From Yuukianura sp. NJ FZ-2021 (taxonomy: Eukaryota), in assembly GCA_046563655.1 (NCBI GenBank), contig CM102289.1:248001-312000 (forward strand): a DNA stretch of 64,000 bases, given 5' to 3'. Numbering within the stretch: position 1 is the first letter of the stretch; the number at the start of each line of letters is the position of its first letter. Positions 50,374-61,470 of the stretch are shown here, piece after piece. The position numbers were made by a program, and so were the translations under genes. Under the pieces are notes generated by a model that had not been told where the DNA came from, did no database searches, and saw only the letters and a list, made by a program, of their open reading frames with translations.

Positions 50374-51680
50374 ATGGCTAAATTTCATTTTGCCGTGTTT
50401 TTGCTGTTTGCCGTTTTTGCTGAAAATATTTTTGGCCAAGCATGGGTAACTTACGAACTGGACGGGAAGTTCGGTCAACAAGTTGGGCCGTACATCACGG
50501 AATACCTAACAAAGGCCAGAGCTGACGTCCGGGAGTCCGAAAGAGCAAAGAGGGAAATAGATAGGATTCCTGACCTTCCTCCCATGAACTTTACTGGCAC
50601 AATAACGAGAAGGTCACGAGAAGAGGTCATTGTAATTGGGGTCAATGCAACTTTTACACTAACTGACATGCAATTTGAGTCAGAAGATGACGAATTCAAC
50701 AGAGTCAAGCGGGATTCGGACAAAACTATCCGATTTGTGTTCTACGGTCAATTTAAAGTAGATTCCAACCGACGAAACGGGAACGACGAAGTTCTGGCAG
50801 TCAAAATTTCCTTGGACTTGAAACATTTCTCACAATTAACTACTCCGTAAGAAAAAGTTTCAATTTCAAAAATTTGAAGAATTTTGTTTTTTGGAATATT
50901 TTTTTTGTTGACCCAAAAAATGTTGATCCATTGTAGCTTTTGAAAACAAACCAGTTCCCATTCGCCACAGCACAAGGATTCCTCCATCTTCCGCTATTTT
51001 GTTGATCCGATTTCTGTCGATTTTGTTGTTTCAGACTTCGCGAGGGTGAAGAAGTAAAATCTGGAATGGAAATTGGGTTCAAGGGAAAAATCACTTCTGG
51101 GAATGACCCCGACAGAAATCCATTCCTGCTTGACCTCAGTTTCGGTTTCGATGCGAATCGATCACGGGACCCGGATTTCCACGAGGACACTGAAACTAAT
51201 CGACAAAAACGTCAATCCCCTGAAAATCGGAAAGAAGTTTTAAACATCGACGGAGAATTGACGATTGACGAAACGGGATGGCGTGGCAGACATGTTGTGA
51301 CTGTTGGTGTCAAGGGAGAAGCATCACTTCAAAATGTTGTTGCCATAGAAACAGTTTCTCCAAAAGAATTGTTTTTTGCTGCCGATGATTATACGAATCA
51401 ACACTATTTTGAAACCCATGGCAATGTAACTGGAATATACAATGGTAAAGAGATTTTCGTTTTGCCGTTTGGCGCCAGTACTCGCACGACGACGGAACAA
51501 GTTCGGGAAAAACGAAACTCTCCGAACGAACTCGGCAGTTTCGGATTTGAATACGACGGTGTCGTTACCGAACGATACTCGCTTCGAACCCTCGTCACTT
51601 ACGGCATTTCCACAAAATTCGATTTCTGGGGAATCAGCGAAACACGAAGCTCTGACGAACCGAATTCAAATTCTAAATAA
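50374..51680 (+). CDS. Secreted multi-furin-site beta-hairpin protein, paralog 3
   Basis: Signal MAKFHFAVFLLFAVFAENIFG; intron 50847-51034; sites RAKR, RVKR, RQKR, REKR. Confidence 0.85.
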
Positions 51681-52141
51681 TACTATTCCTTTGCAAATTG
51701 TTCTTTTTTCGAAATAAAATTTGCAGGATGAAATTTTAATTTTTTTAAACAACTTTATTTTGAAACTGACAAGAAATTGACACAAACAGACAAACATTAA
51801 TTCATTTCATTTTAGTAATTCACTACGCATTACTATAAATTTCTGAATCCAGGATTTGTAATACAACAATTAGTAGGCTCAAAATTGTTTTTACAGATAA
51901 TCCAATTGGCAATGAAAAGTTTAGGTTCTGCGGTTTTTTAAACCAAAAATTTAAATTTTTAAATGCAACTAAAAAGATTCAAAAGTTTCAAACGATTGAC
52001 TGATCAAATTTAGCTAAATGGCAGGAAACTGTAATTAAGATTTCACAAAACTTAAAATTCTCAGAATTAAACCAATTAAGTTTTTTGCTATTTAGTGCCT
52101 GGCGTCTTTATTGTTTCCAGGCAGTCCTTGACGTATCAACT

Positions 52142-53475
52142 ATGGCTAAACTTCATTTTGCCGTGTTTTTGCTGTTTGCCGTTTTTGTTGAAAATGTTTT
52201 TGCTGAAGCAGAGGTGTCTTACGAACTTGAGGGGAAGTTCCGTTCAGAGGATGGAGACATGACGGAATTCTTTACCACGGCAAGAGCTGACTTCCGGGAG
52301 TCCGAAAGAGAAAAGCGGAAAGTTGAAGCGATTTCTGCAATTCCTCCGATGACTTTTACTGGCACAATAACGAGAAGGACACCGGGAGAAGTTTTTGTCT
52401 CTGGGGTCAACGCAACCTTTACAATAACTGACATGCAATTTGAGTCGGAAGATGAAGAATTCAACAGAGTCAAGCGCCATACCGACGACACGGTACGATT
52501 CGGCTTCTACGGTCAGTTTAAAGTAGATGACAACCGACGAAACAGCGATGACGAAGTTCTGGCGGTCAAAATTTCCTTAGACTCGAAAGAATTGTCACAC
52601 ATATCTACTCCGTAAGCAACAAAAATTCAATTTCAAAAATTTTAAACGTTGGTCTCTTACTAAACTTTGAGAGTGCGTAAAAAAGAGTCTGATAGCCCAA
52701 GGGATAGAGCGTCTCCCCGATTGGAGAGAAGTGGGTTCGAATCCAACTTGGTTCATTAATTTTTTTTTATACCGTAATCTTTTTTTCTCTCAAGCCAAGT
52801 GGCCCTATGTGTTGTTGATCCAATTGCTGTTGACTTTGTTGCAGATTTCACAAGGATGAAGAAGTAAAGAGAGCTGTGGAATTTGGATTCAAGGGAAAAA
52901 TTTCTCCAATTGACCCCGACAAAAATGGCAATCCACTCCTGCTTGACGTCAGTTTTGGTTTCGACGAAAATCGTGACTCCGACTACGAAGAAAACTGTGA
53001 AACTAATCGACGAAAACGTGAATCTCATCAAAAAAACAAAGCAGTTTTGAAAATCGACGGAGAGTTGACGATTGACGAAACGGGACGGCGTCGCAGAGAT
53101 GTTGTGACTGTTGGTGTCCAGGGAGAAGCGTCATTTGAAAATATCGTTGCTATAGAAACTGCTTCTCCGAAAGAGTTGTTTTTTGCTGCCAATGACTACC
53201 TGGATCAACATTATTTTGAAACCCATGGCAACATCACTGGGAAATACAATGATGAAGAAATTTTTGTTCTGCCGTTTGACGCCAGTACGCGTACGACGAC
53301 AGAACACGTTCGGAAAAAACGAAACTCTCCGAACGAACTCGGAAGTTTCGGACTTGAATACGACGGTGTCGTTACGGAACGATACTCACTCCGAACTCTC
53401 GTTACTTACGGCATTTCCATAAAATTTGATTTCTGGGGTATGAATCAAACACGAACCTCTGACGGAACGAATTAA
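52142..53475 (+). CDS. Secreted multi-furin-site beta-hairpin protein, paralog 4
   Basis: Intron 52612-52844; sites REKR, RVKR, RRKR, RKKR. Confidence 0.85.
52685..52768 (+). pseudogene. tRNA-like / tRNA-derived SINE copy in an intron
   Basis: A box tagcccaaggg, B box ggttcgaatcc, 3' cattaatttttttt tail similar to the 14986-15068 copy. Confidence 0.5.
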
Positions 53476-53829
53476 AATTTTAAATAATACATCTTTACAT
53501 TTTCTTTGTTTCGAAATAAAAAATTGCATGAATTCATTTTGAACATTTGTTTTAAAATTTGGTACAGGCAGGCAAGCATTTCAAATGGGTGTGTCTGTTT
53601 TCGGTTTTCAGCTTCTGTGTTTTTTTTTAATTTCAAAATTTAGATTTCTAAGTGCTAGTACAAAGGTTCAAATTTTGCAAAGGGTTGATTGTTCAAATTT
53701 AGCTAATTTCAGGAAGTTTCAATTAAAATGTTGACAAAATTTTTAATTTTCGGAATTAAACCAATTGAGTTTTCTGCTATTTAATGCGTAGCTTCACTAC
53801 TGTTTTCCAATCAGTCCTTGGAACTTGAA

Positions 53830-55113
53830 ATGGCAAAATTTGACTTTGCCGTGTTTTTGCTGTTTGCCTTTTTTGCTGTAAATGTTTTTGGTCAAGCCTG
53901 GGTGTCATACGAACTTGAGGGGAAGTTCCGACAGGAGAATGGGCCCAACATCACCGAACTCCTAACGACGGCCAGAGCTGATCTCCAGGAGTTCCAAAGA
54001 GCAAAGAGAGACGCAGTTCATGCAATTCCTGCGATGACCTTTACTGGGTCAATCACAAGAAGGTCACCGGGTGAGGTCACCGTTTCTGGGGTCAACGCAA
54101 CGTTAACGCTAACTGACATGCGGTTCGAGTTGGAGGGAAACGGAACGAACAGACTCAAGCGCGGTATTGACGAAACGGTACGAGTCGGATTCTACGGTCA
54201 GTTTAAGTTGCACGGTACCAGGAACAACGAAGTTCTGGCTGTCAAAATTTACCTGGACTTGAAACACTTATCACGCATAACAACTCCGTAAGTAAAAAAT
54301 TTCAATTTCAAATATTTTAAAAATTTTGAAAAACGAGGAGTTGTGGAGTCTGGGAACGAACGGTGCCATCCTTTCAGATTTTGTGCACAAAAGTGTTGAT
54401 CCGATTGCTGTTGATTTTGTTGTTGCAGAAGTCTTCGCGCTGATGAAGCAGTAGCAAGTAGCGTGGAATTTGGATTCAAGGGGAAAATTTGTCCAGGTGA
54501 CCTCTACACCAAGGTCAATCCGATTCTGCTTGACCTCAATTTTGGTTACGGTTCAAAGTGGTCGCCTAACCCCGGCTACTACTCAGACTTTGAAAGTAAT
54601 CGACAAAAACGTCAATCCCGTCAAAATCGGAAAGAAGTTTTGAAAATCGATGGAGAGTTGACGATTGATCAACCTTGGTGGAATGGCGGTAGAGATGTTG
54701 TGACAGTTGGTGTCCAGGGAGAAGTATCTCTTCAAAATATTGTTGCCATAACAACTGCTTCTCCAAAACAATTGTTTTATGCTGCCAATGACAACATGAG
54801 TCAACGCTATTTTGAAACCCATGGCAACATCACTGGAAAATACAATGGTCATCCCATTCTCAGTCTTCCGTTTGGCGCCAGTACGCGTTCGACGGTAGAA
54901 CGATTTCGGGAAAAACGAAACTCTCCGAACGAACTCGACAGTTTTGAACTTGAATACAACGGTGTCGTTACCGGACGATACTCGAAACGAACCGTCGTCA
55001 CTTACGGCATTTCCACAAAAGTCGATTTCTGGGGAATCAGCAAAACGCAAACCTCTGACGAAACGAATTCCAATATTAAATATATATATGATAAAATTTT
55101 CAAAAAACAATAA
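53830..55113 (+). CDS. Secreted multi-furin-site beta-hairpin protein, paralog 5
   Basis: Intron 54288-54428; sites RAKR, RLKR, RQKR, REKR. Confidence 0.85.
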
Positions 55114-55621
55114 TTGTTTTTTGATATTTTGACGTTGACACAGACACATGAAAATTTAAAATCCTTTTAGTAGTATGCATTTATGCATGCATTTGAAATT
55201 TTAGTTTTTCAAATTAAAAAAAATCTAACCACAATATGAAATGATTATTTTTTGCAATAGAACAATGCAACTGATTTTAGAAATCAAAGCAGTGTTTGTG
55301 TTGTCTCAAAAAGTTGGTTTTGAGATTTCTAAAAACAATTACGCTGTGCGTTTTGGTTTTTAGATTTTGGAAACCAAAATTTGAACGCAACCACGAAGTT
55401 GTTAATTTATCCCAAAATTTGTAATCTTTTGGTTTTTAGTCATTTTTTTTTGTAACCAACACATGAGAAAACCACAACTTTTAAAGTGATTTTACACTTT
55501 CCTTCTAAAGTGGTCACTGCAGTTGACTTTGTTCACTAGAATAAACACAATACCTCCAGTTCTAAAGTTTTTAGAAATTTTAAATTTCTCTTTTCAAAAA
55601 AAATATTTAAATTTTTAAAGA

Positions 55622-57940
55622 ATGGCTGTCAAATCATTTCATTTTTCAGACTACTGCCTCGTGCTACTGCTGATTTTGGTTGTAGAAAGCGGTTTGACTT
55701 CTGGTTCAACCACCGTGCCAGTGAAAATTAGGCAGACAAAATGTGACCCCGGTCAAGGTCAAGGTCAAGGTCAAGGTCATCTGGGGAACAACTCAATTCA
55801 TTTGTACATTCCCATGTCAGGAGTACAAAAAACCACAGTTACGTTCCACATTGAGTTCCAAATTCCCAAAGCAACGAAAATTCCAGGCGCAGAAAAACGT
55901 TTGCTCACAAAAAGTCAAAGTTTGGAAAATTTTTTGATCAGATCACAAAAATTTGAGCGTTCAGCAATTTCAAGTGAGGAGGGAAATTTTGAATTTCTTC
56001 CCGAACTTGAGTATCCAGTCGAACTGCCGGATACACCGACAGGTGAACATTTTGAACCGCTTTGGAATCTGCGCAGAAAAAGAGACGCAGAAACAAGTTC
56101 AGTTAAAGAGAAAATTGAAAAATCTTATCCGCAAGTTCCTGCCAGTTCTGTAGAATTGACCAACAATTCAACCGAATCGGGGCAAAGTGAGACAGAATCT
56201 GAAGACAAAAATTCAAAAACCGAAACGCTTGAAGAAACTCCCCCAAAACGACCATATCCGATTCGTCACCCACAAGCGGTAAAAGACGCTTCCGGAAAAA
56301 TCCGAGTGGATACGAGTACCACTAAGCCGAAAAAAACTAAAGCGCGGAAGCAGTGTACTTGTCCTCTCGGAAAACAAGGAAAAACTGAAAACAAAAATGG
56401 AAAAACCGAAACCCGAAATGGTCCGGACCAAGAATCCGGAAATTCCGAAACTCCGAATGGTGCAGAAAGTGCTGGTGGTGGAGGCGGTTTCCAAGGTTTT
56501 GTGAGCGTAGTTTCCGTCACTGCAACAAATTTAGCGGGAGCGGGCATTTTGGGTTACATGATTGTTCGGAAACTGGGCCATGTCAAGACACACATAGCCT
56601 CCCAAAATGGACAGAAACAAGGCTCAAAGGGGTCTGGGCAATATTACCATGCTAAAATTCTATTAATTTTGAATAATATATTAAAATATATGTTTTAAAT
56701 AATTTAATTCAGGACTCCTACGTTGGAAGTGGGACATAAGCCTGACACCGGTTCTGGTGGGAATGCTACCCTAGGAGGAGATGATGGAGGTACGCCTGTG
56801 GTACAACAAACGGTACCAGAAGAAGTCAAGCCACCCGTTGAGGAAAAGGTACCAGAAGAAGTTAAGCCACCCATTGAAGAACAAAAGGTACCAGAAGAAG
56901 TTAAACCACCCGTTGAGGAAAAGGTACCAGAAGAAGTTAAGCCACCCATTGAAGAACAAAAGGTACCAGAAGAAGTTAAACCACCCGTTGAGGAAAAGGT
57001 ACCAGAAGAAGTTAAGCCACCCATTGAAGAACAAAAGGTACCAGAAGAAGTTAAACCACCCGTTGAGGAAAAGGTACCAGAAGAAGTTAAGCCACCCATT
57101 GAAGAACAAAAGGTACCAGAAGAAGTTAAACCACCCGTTGAGGAAAAGGTACCAGAAGAAGTTAAGCCACCCATTGAAGAACAAAAGGTACCAGAAGAAG
57201 TTAAACCACCCGTTGAGGAAAAGGTACCAGAAGAAGTTAAACCACCCGTAGAGGAAAAGGTACCAGAAGAAGTTACACCACCCATTGAAGAACAAAAGGT
57301 AGCAGAAGAAGTTAAGCCACCGGTAGAGGAGCAAAAGGTACCAGAAGAAGTTAAACCACCCGTAGAAGAAAAGGTACCAGAAGAAGTTAAACCACCCGTA
57401 GAAGAAAAGGTACCAGAAGAAGTTAAACCACCCGTAGAGGAAAAGGTACCAGAAGAAGTTACACCACCCATTGAAGAACAAAAGGTACCAGAAGAAGTTA
57501 AGCCACCCAATGATGAACAAAAGAAACCTGATGATGTTGTGATGATGGTGGAAGAACATCAGCCGGAGCCGCCAAAACCTGATGATGTTGTGACGATGGT
57601 TGAAGAACATCAGGAGGAACCCAAGAAACCTGATGATGTTGTGATGATGGTTGAAGAACATCAGGAGGAACCCAAGAAACCTGATGATGTTGTGACGATG
57701 GTTGAAGAACATCAGCCGGAACCGCCAAAACCTGATGATGTTGTGATGATGGTGGAAGAGGACCATGAGGCACCGCCTAATGATGATGTTACTATGGTAG
57801 TTGAAGATGAGGGAGGGAGTGAGGAAGGTGATCGCTTCCACCCTGGTCGAGGACGCGGACGTGGGCATCATCTGGGGCCACTGCCAAGCATTCATCCTGG
57901 ACTCCACAGAGGGCGAGCAAGAGGATTTGGACGCCGTTAA
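55622..57940 (+). CDS. Signal-peptide protein with furin site, putative TM segment and long PEVK-like repeat tail
   Basis: Two ORFs joinable by a phase-2 intron (~56632-56712); LRRKR site; hydrophobic FVSVVSVTATNLAGAGILGYMIV; EEKVPEEVKPP repeats; Arg/Gly/His C-terminus. Confidence 0.7.
56812..57800 (+). repeat. Coding tandem repeats: alternating 36/39-bp units, then 51-bp units
   Basis: VPEEVKPPVEEK / VPEEVKPPIEEQK, then KPDDVV(M/T)MVEEHQ(PEPP/EEPK). Confidence 0.95.
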
Positions 57941-58764
57941 CACCAAATTAACAAAAAATATATTGAACGTATATTTTCAAATCAGTTTAATAAATCAAAT
58001 CGGTTCAAATTTTTTTGTGGTTGTAAACACAGAGCATTCTTCTCCAAATTCAATTGGCTTCTGCCTGAGTCTTTTTTTAAATTGACTTTGGATAGTTTTT
58101 CATAATTTTTTTTTCATAAAGTTTTGGACTCATTTGCTATTTGCTAATTTGTTCTCGTTAAAATTTGAAAAGTGCATTACTTAAGTGCTGTCTAATTTTG
58201 ATGCGGAGTGTTAAATTTCGTCTCGACTCTTACTGTTAATGTGCAATTTTTATGTACATTTTTTCATTGGAAAGCAATAAAACTCCTTTGCCAACTGCCA
58301 CAACCTCTTTGTTCGAAAGTTTCATTTTTACATGACACTCGTATACGGGTAGCTTGAAACCGGTAGGTCCAAATGTGTACGGAGATTTATGTACCGTTGT
58401 TCAAAATTACAGTTACTCATAGAAATACTCACCACAAACAGATTTTTAAACTTATCTCCATTTCCATCAGATTCAAAATCACAGCGGTCTATAAATTTCC
58501 GTTCACAAGAGTCCCGGAATTGTCTTTGACTGCTAAAACTGTAGCAATAAGCAGAATCTTGGGAGTGGAATTTGTGATGCACAGCGACACGGACCTGGAA
58601 CGACGTTTTCTATCCAATCACAAAGTCATACCTAAATTCAATCTTCAGTTAGCAATCGCCATTCAAATCTCTCAAATCAAAGTGAAAACTTTTTCAAAAA
58701 AATTTAGTTTTTTCCAAAATCCAAAAAAGTTTCGTAACAACTTCCGAGTACTCAGCTTTTCAAA

Positions 58765-59413
58765 ATGGCCAAGAAGGGATCAATTGTAGTCATCGTTGTA
58801 GAGTGGGTAAGACGCTTTTGCATAACCCCGTTTTTCAAAATTTTGATAAGTATATAGGTTTTAAAATAATTTCAAAATTGAAGTTTTTGCAAACAACTTT
58901 TGTAAGAAGTGATTGTGGACAAAATTGCAGGTGATCGTTTTGGCATCGGCCATATTGGCTTCCGGGGCCTCAGTTTTGTACGTTACGGACGTGGAAGGCA
59001 GCAGTGATTCATCATTTCTGCAGTTTCTAGCAATTGGCCTCTGGTTTTCATTTTTAATCCAACTTGGACTTACTCTACTCCTCACCAGGGGCTTCCAACA
59101 AGTAAACATTTTCAAAAAATCTTTTTTTTTCTAACTTTTTCAAAATTTTGAACTTGAATTTCAGGATTCGGCTTCCAAGCTACACTTGTGGATCCAAATC
59201 ACTACTGTGCTGGTTCTGTTCGCTTCGTTCTTTGCCATGCGTGCCTTGATTATGCTTGATTGGTTCGGAATGACGGGAGCTTCGTTTTGCGTCTACCGCT
59301 ACTCAGCCATCCTCACAATCCATGCCCACTGGAGACAAATTTCTGATGTCAACTTCATCTCTATTCGACGAGTTGCGCAGAAGGCTGACGACACTGTCAT
59401 GCTGGTCGTATAA
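58765..59413 (+). CDS. Small multi-pass (about 4 TM) membrane protein, 3 exons
   Basis: MAKKGSIVVIVVEW / VIVLASAILA...FLAIGLWFSFLIQLGLTLLLTRGFQQ / DSASKLHLWIQITTVLVLF...; phase-0 GT-AG introns. Confidence 0.7.
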
Positions 59414-59661
59414 AATTTCCAAAATTTACACATTTCAAAATTCAGACATTTCCAAATAATTCAAAATTTTATTCTTTCTTAAATGACAGTGAAAGAGTAA
59501 GAGTCAATACATGGCTTTACTATTAACTATGGTTTAAAATAACTTCAACTTTGGAGGGATTTTATTCTAAAAAAAACTTTATTCATGATTACGTTTTTTA
59601 GCAATAAACGCTTTCAAATTTCAAGTTTTTCATAAAAGCCACACCTCTTTGAAGCTTGTTT

Positions 59662-60846
59662 TCACAAAGCTTGCAAAATGCGAGTGACTAGGTTCAAAAC
59701 TGCCGTTAGAAGTGGCGTGGGCGACACTTCTCCAAGTAGTGCTTGAATTCCGTGCAAGCCTTCAAGCACATCTTTAGGAATGTACTTGCTCACTGGGGCA
59801 AGGAGTGCCAAAAGGAGTTCCAGCGGCTCAATTTCTACCCCGCACTGCAGAACGTCCACGTCAAAATATCTCAAGTGATCTACAGCTGTATGAGCTGTCG
59901 GAAATGCCGAGTCGGAGCAGTTCGGATCTTCGTAAGTCGAAGTACTGCAGTATTTCCCCGTACCGTTACCGGACACATTGTGAATCCAGAATTCGTTTTG
60001 ATGGTGGACGAAACCCAGAACGGCGGGAGCAATTTGCGGAGCAATGTCACCGCGGTTCACAACTCGAGCGATCGGCATGGCCAAACCGTTCATGTAGTTG
60101 GCCAACACTTTGTTGCCGGTACGCGGTGCTCCGTACGTGAACAACTTGAATTTGGCGGTACTCAAGTAGCCAGTGGTGAGTTGCTTGAATCTGAAGAGCA
60201 ACAGAGAGGCCATGGATCCACCCAGGGAGTGTCCGGTGATGACGACAGTAAAAGTCGGATTCTGCGCAAGCGCAGCTTCCAAAAGAGTCGTGCTCTGGTT
60301 AAGGATTGTTTTCGTTTCTTTGTTGAAGCCCAAGTGAACTCGCGCCCCGGGCGCGTTCGGTGCCTTTGCGTCGACCAGAATTGCCGTTGCGTCGTTGACT
60401 AGATTCGGAGCGTTGTGACTCCCACGCAAACTCAGGACGATTTCCTGTCTGCAACTGTCCACAACAATGAATGCTTTGACAGTATCATCCGAATTGTTAA
60501 AAACGGAGCGGACCTTGACACATCCAGGACTCTGGACACACCATGGACATGTCCATGACGCCAACGAAGAGAAGCAGTATGCTGCGCCTGCGTAGTGCAT
60601 GTAATAACGCACGTCAGCCTCCGGCGGTCGACTTAAAGCGTAGTTTCCAATTGGAGCAAACGTTGTTGAAACGTTTCCGACAAAAACTGGGCCAACTACG
60701 GCGTTTAACGCCTCTTCGGCCCAGCCTTGGAGACAACTTAGCAAATCTGTAGTGAAGAGAGAGCAAGCCAACACAGACGGCTGTATAGGAGTAGCTCCAA
60801 GGCAACAAGTTGCCAAGGCAACGGAAACCCAATGATGGAGTTCCAT
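59662..60846 (-). CDS. Secreted class 3 (fungal-type) triacylglycerol lipase, intronless
   Basis: YAGAAYC, WTCPWC, LSLRGS, VHLGF, TGHSLGG, TYGAPRTGN, RVVNRGDIAP, FVHHQNEFWI, EDPNCSDS, DHLRYF. Confidence 0.92.
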   Translation of the reverse strand: MELHHWVSVALATCCLGATPIQPSVLACSLFTTDLLSCLQGWAEEALNAVVGPVFVGNVSTTFAPIGNYALSRPPEADVRYYMHYAGAAYCFSSLASWTCPWCVQSPGCVKVRSVFNNSDDTVKAFIVVDSCRQEIVLSLRGSHNAPNLVNDATAILVDAKAPNAPGARVHLGFNKETKTILNQSTTLLEAALAQNPTFTVVITGHSLGGSMASLLLFRFKQLTTGYLSTAKFKLFTYGAPRTGNKVLANYMNGLAMPIARVVNRGDIAPQIAPAVLGFVHHQNEFWIHNVSGNGTGKYCSTSTYEDPNCSDSAFPTAHTAVDHLRYFDVDVLQCGVEIEPLELLLALLAPVSKYIPKDVLEGLHGIQALLGEVSPTPLLTAVLNLVTRILQAL

Positions 60847-61470
60847 TGTCAAGCGCTTTTTTAAAAAGTGAATTCCAAAGTTCTTTAGTTGAAACTTTTA
60901 TTACTTTTTTACTACTTTTTTACTACTTTTACTACGTTCCATTGTCCTTGTCGTTGAATGAGGAGATGGTTATGCGGGTATTGAGAGGTGCTAAGCTTTG
61001 CAGCTACCCAAACATGTTGCTGGGACACGTAGTTCCTTTAGAACATCCACAATATCCAATTCCTTGCTCAAGGACGTCAGCCTTTTTTGAAAACAAAAGA
61101 GTATTTGAAATATTTAACACAATGAGCATGACTCTGGATTTAACTGGAAGATAAAATTGTGGTGCTTACGGGAGCTCTGTCGTGGAAACAGCAAGCAACA
61201 GTTAATCCTGTACACCCTGACCCGTGGTCGCTGGAAAACTGTCCCCTTTTGTCTTTACATTGCTGATGAGTTGAACACTGCCGAGGAAAAAAACATTCGT
61301 GCTCTATTTTCCATCCGCTGTATATGTAAATACCGTAAACATTCTAATAAAGGCGGATTTAAACGTCTGTTTTCAACGTCGGCGGTTAACGTTGAGACCT
61401 TAATAAACGCCTGGGCCGTTATTAGAAGTTTTACGGTATATAATAAATCAGGCAACAAATTGCAAAGTAT

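Noticed and set aside
46434..55113. Ten separate genes or alternating A/B gene pairs (toxin-immunity-like)
   Set aside because: Each A ORF ends at a GT donor and each B ORF follows a phase-matched AG acceptor, giving five two-exon genes
56704..57946. Long minus-strand ORFs (TGGLTSSGTF and GWFNFFWYLF repeats)
   Set aside because: Antisense shadows of the plus-strand coding repeat
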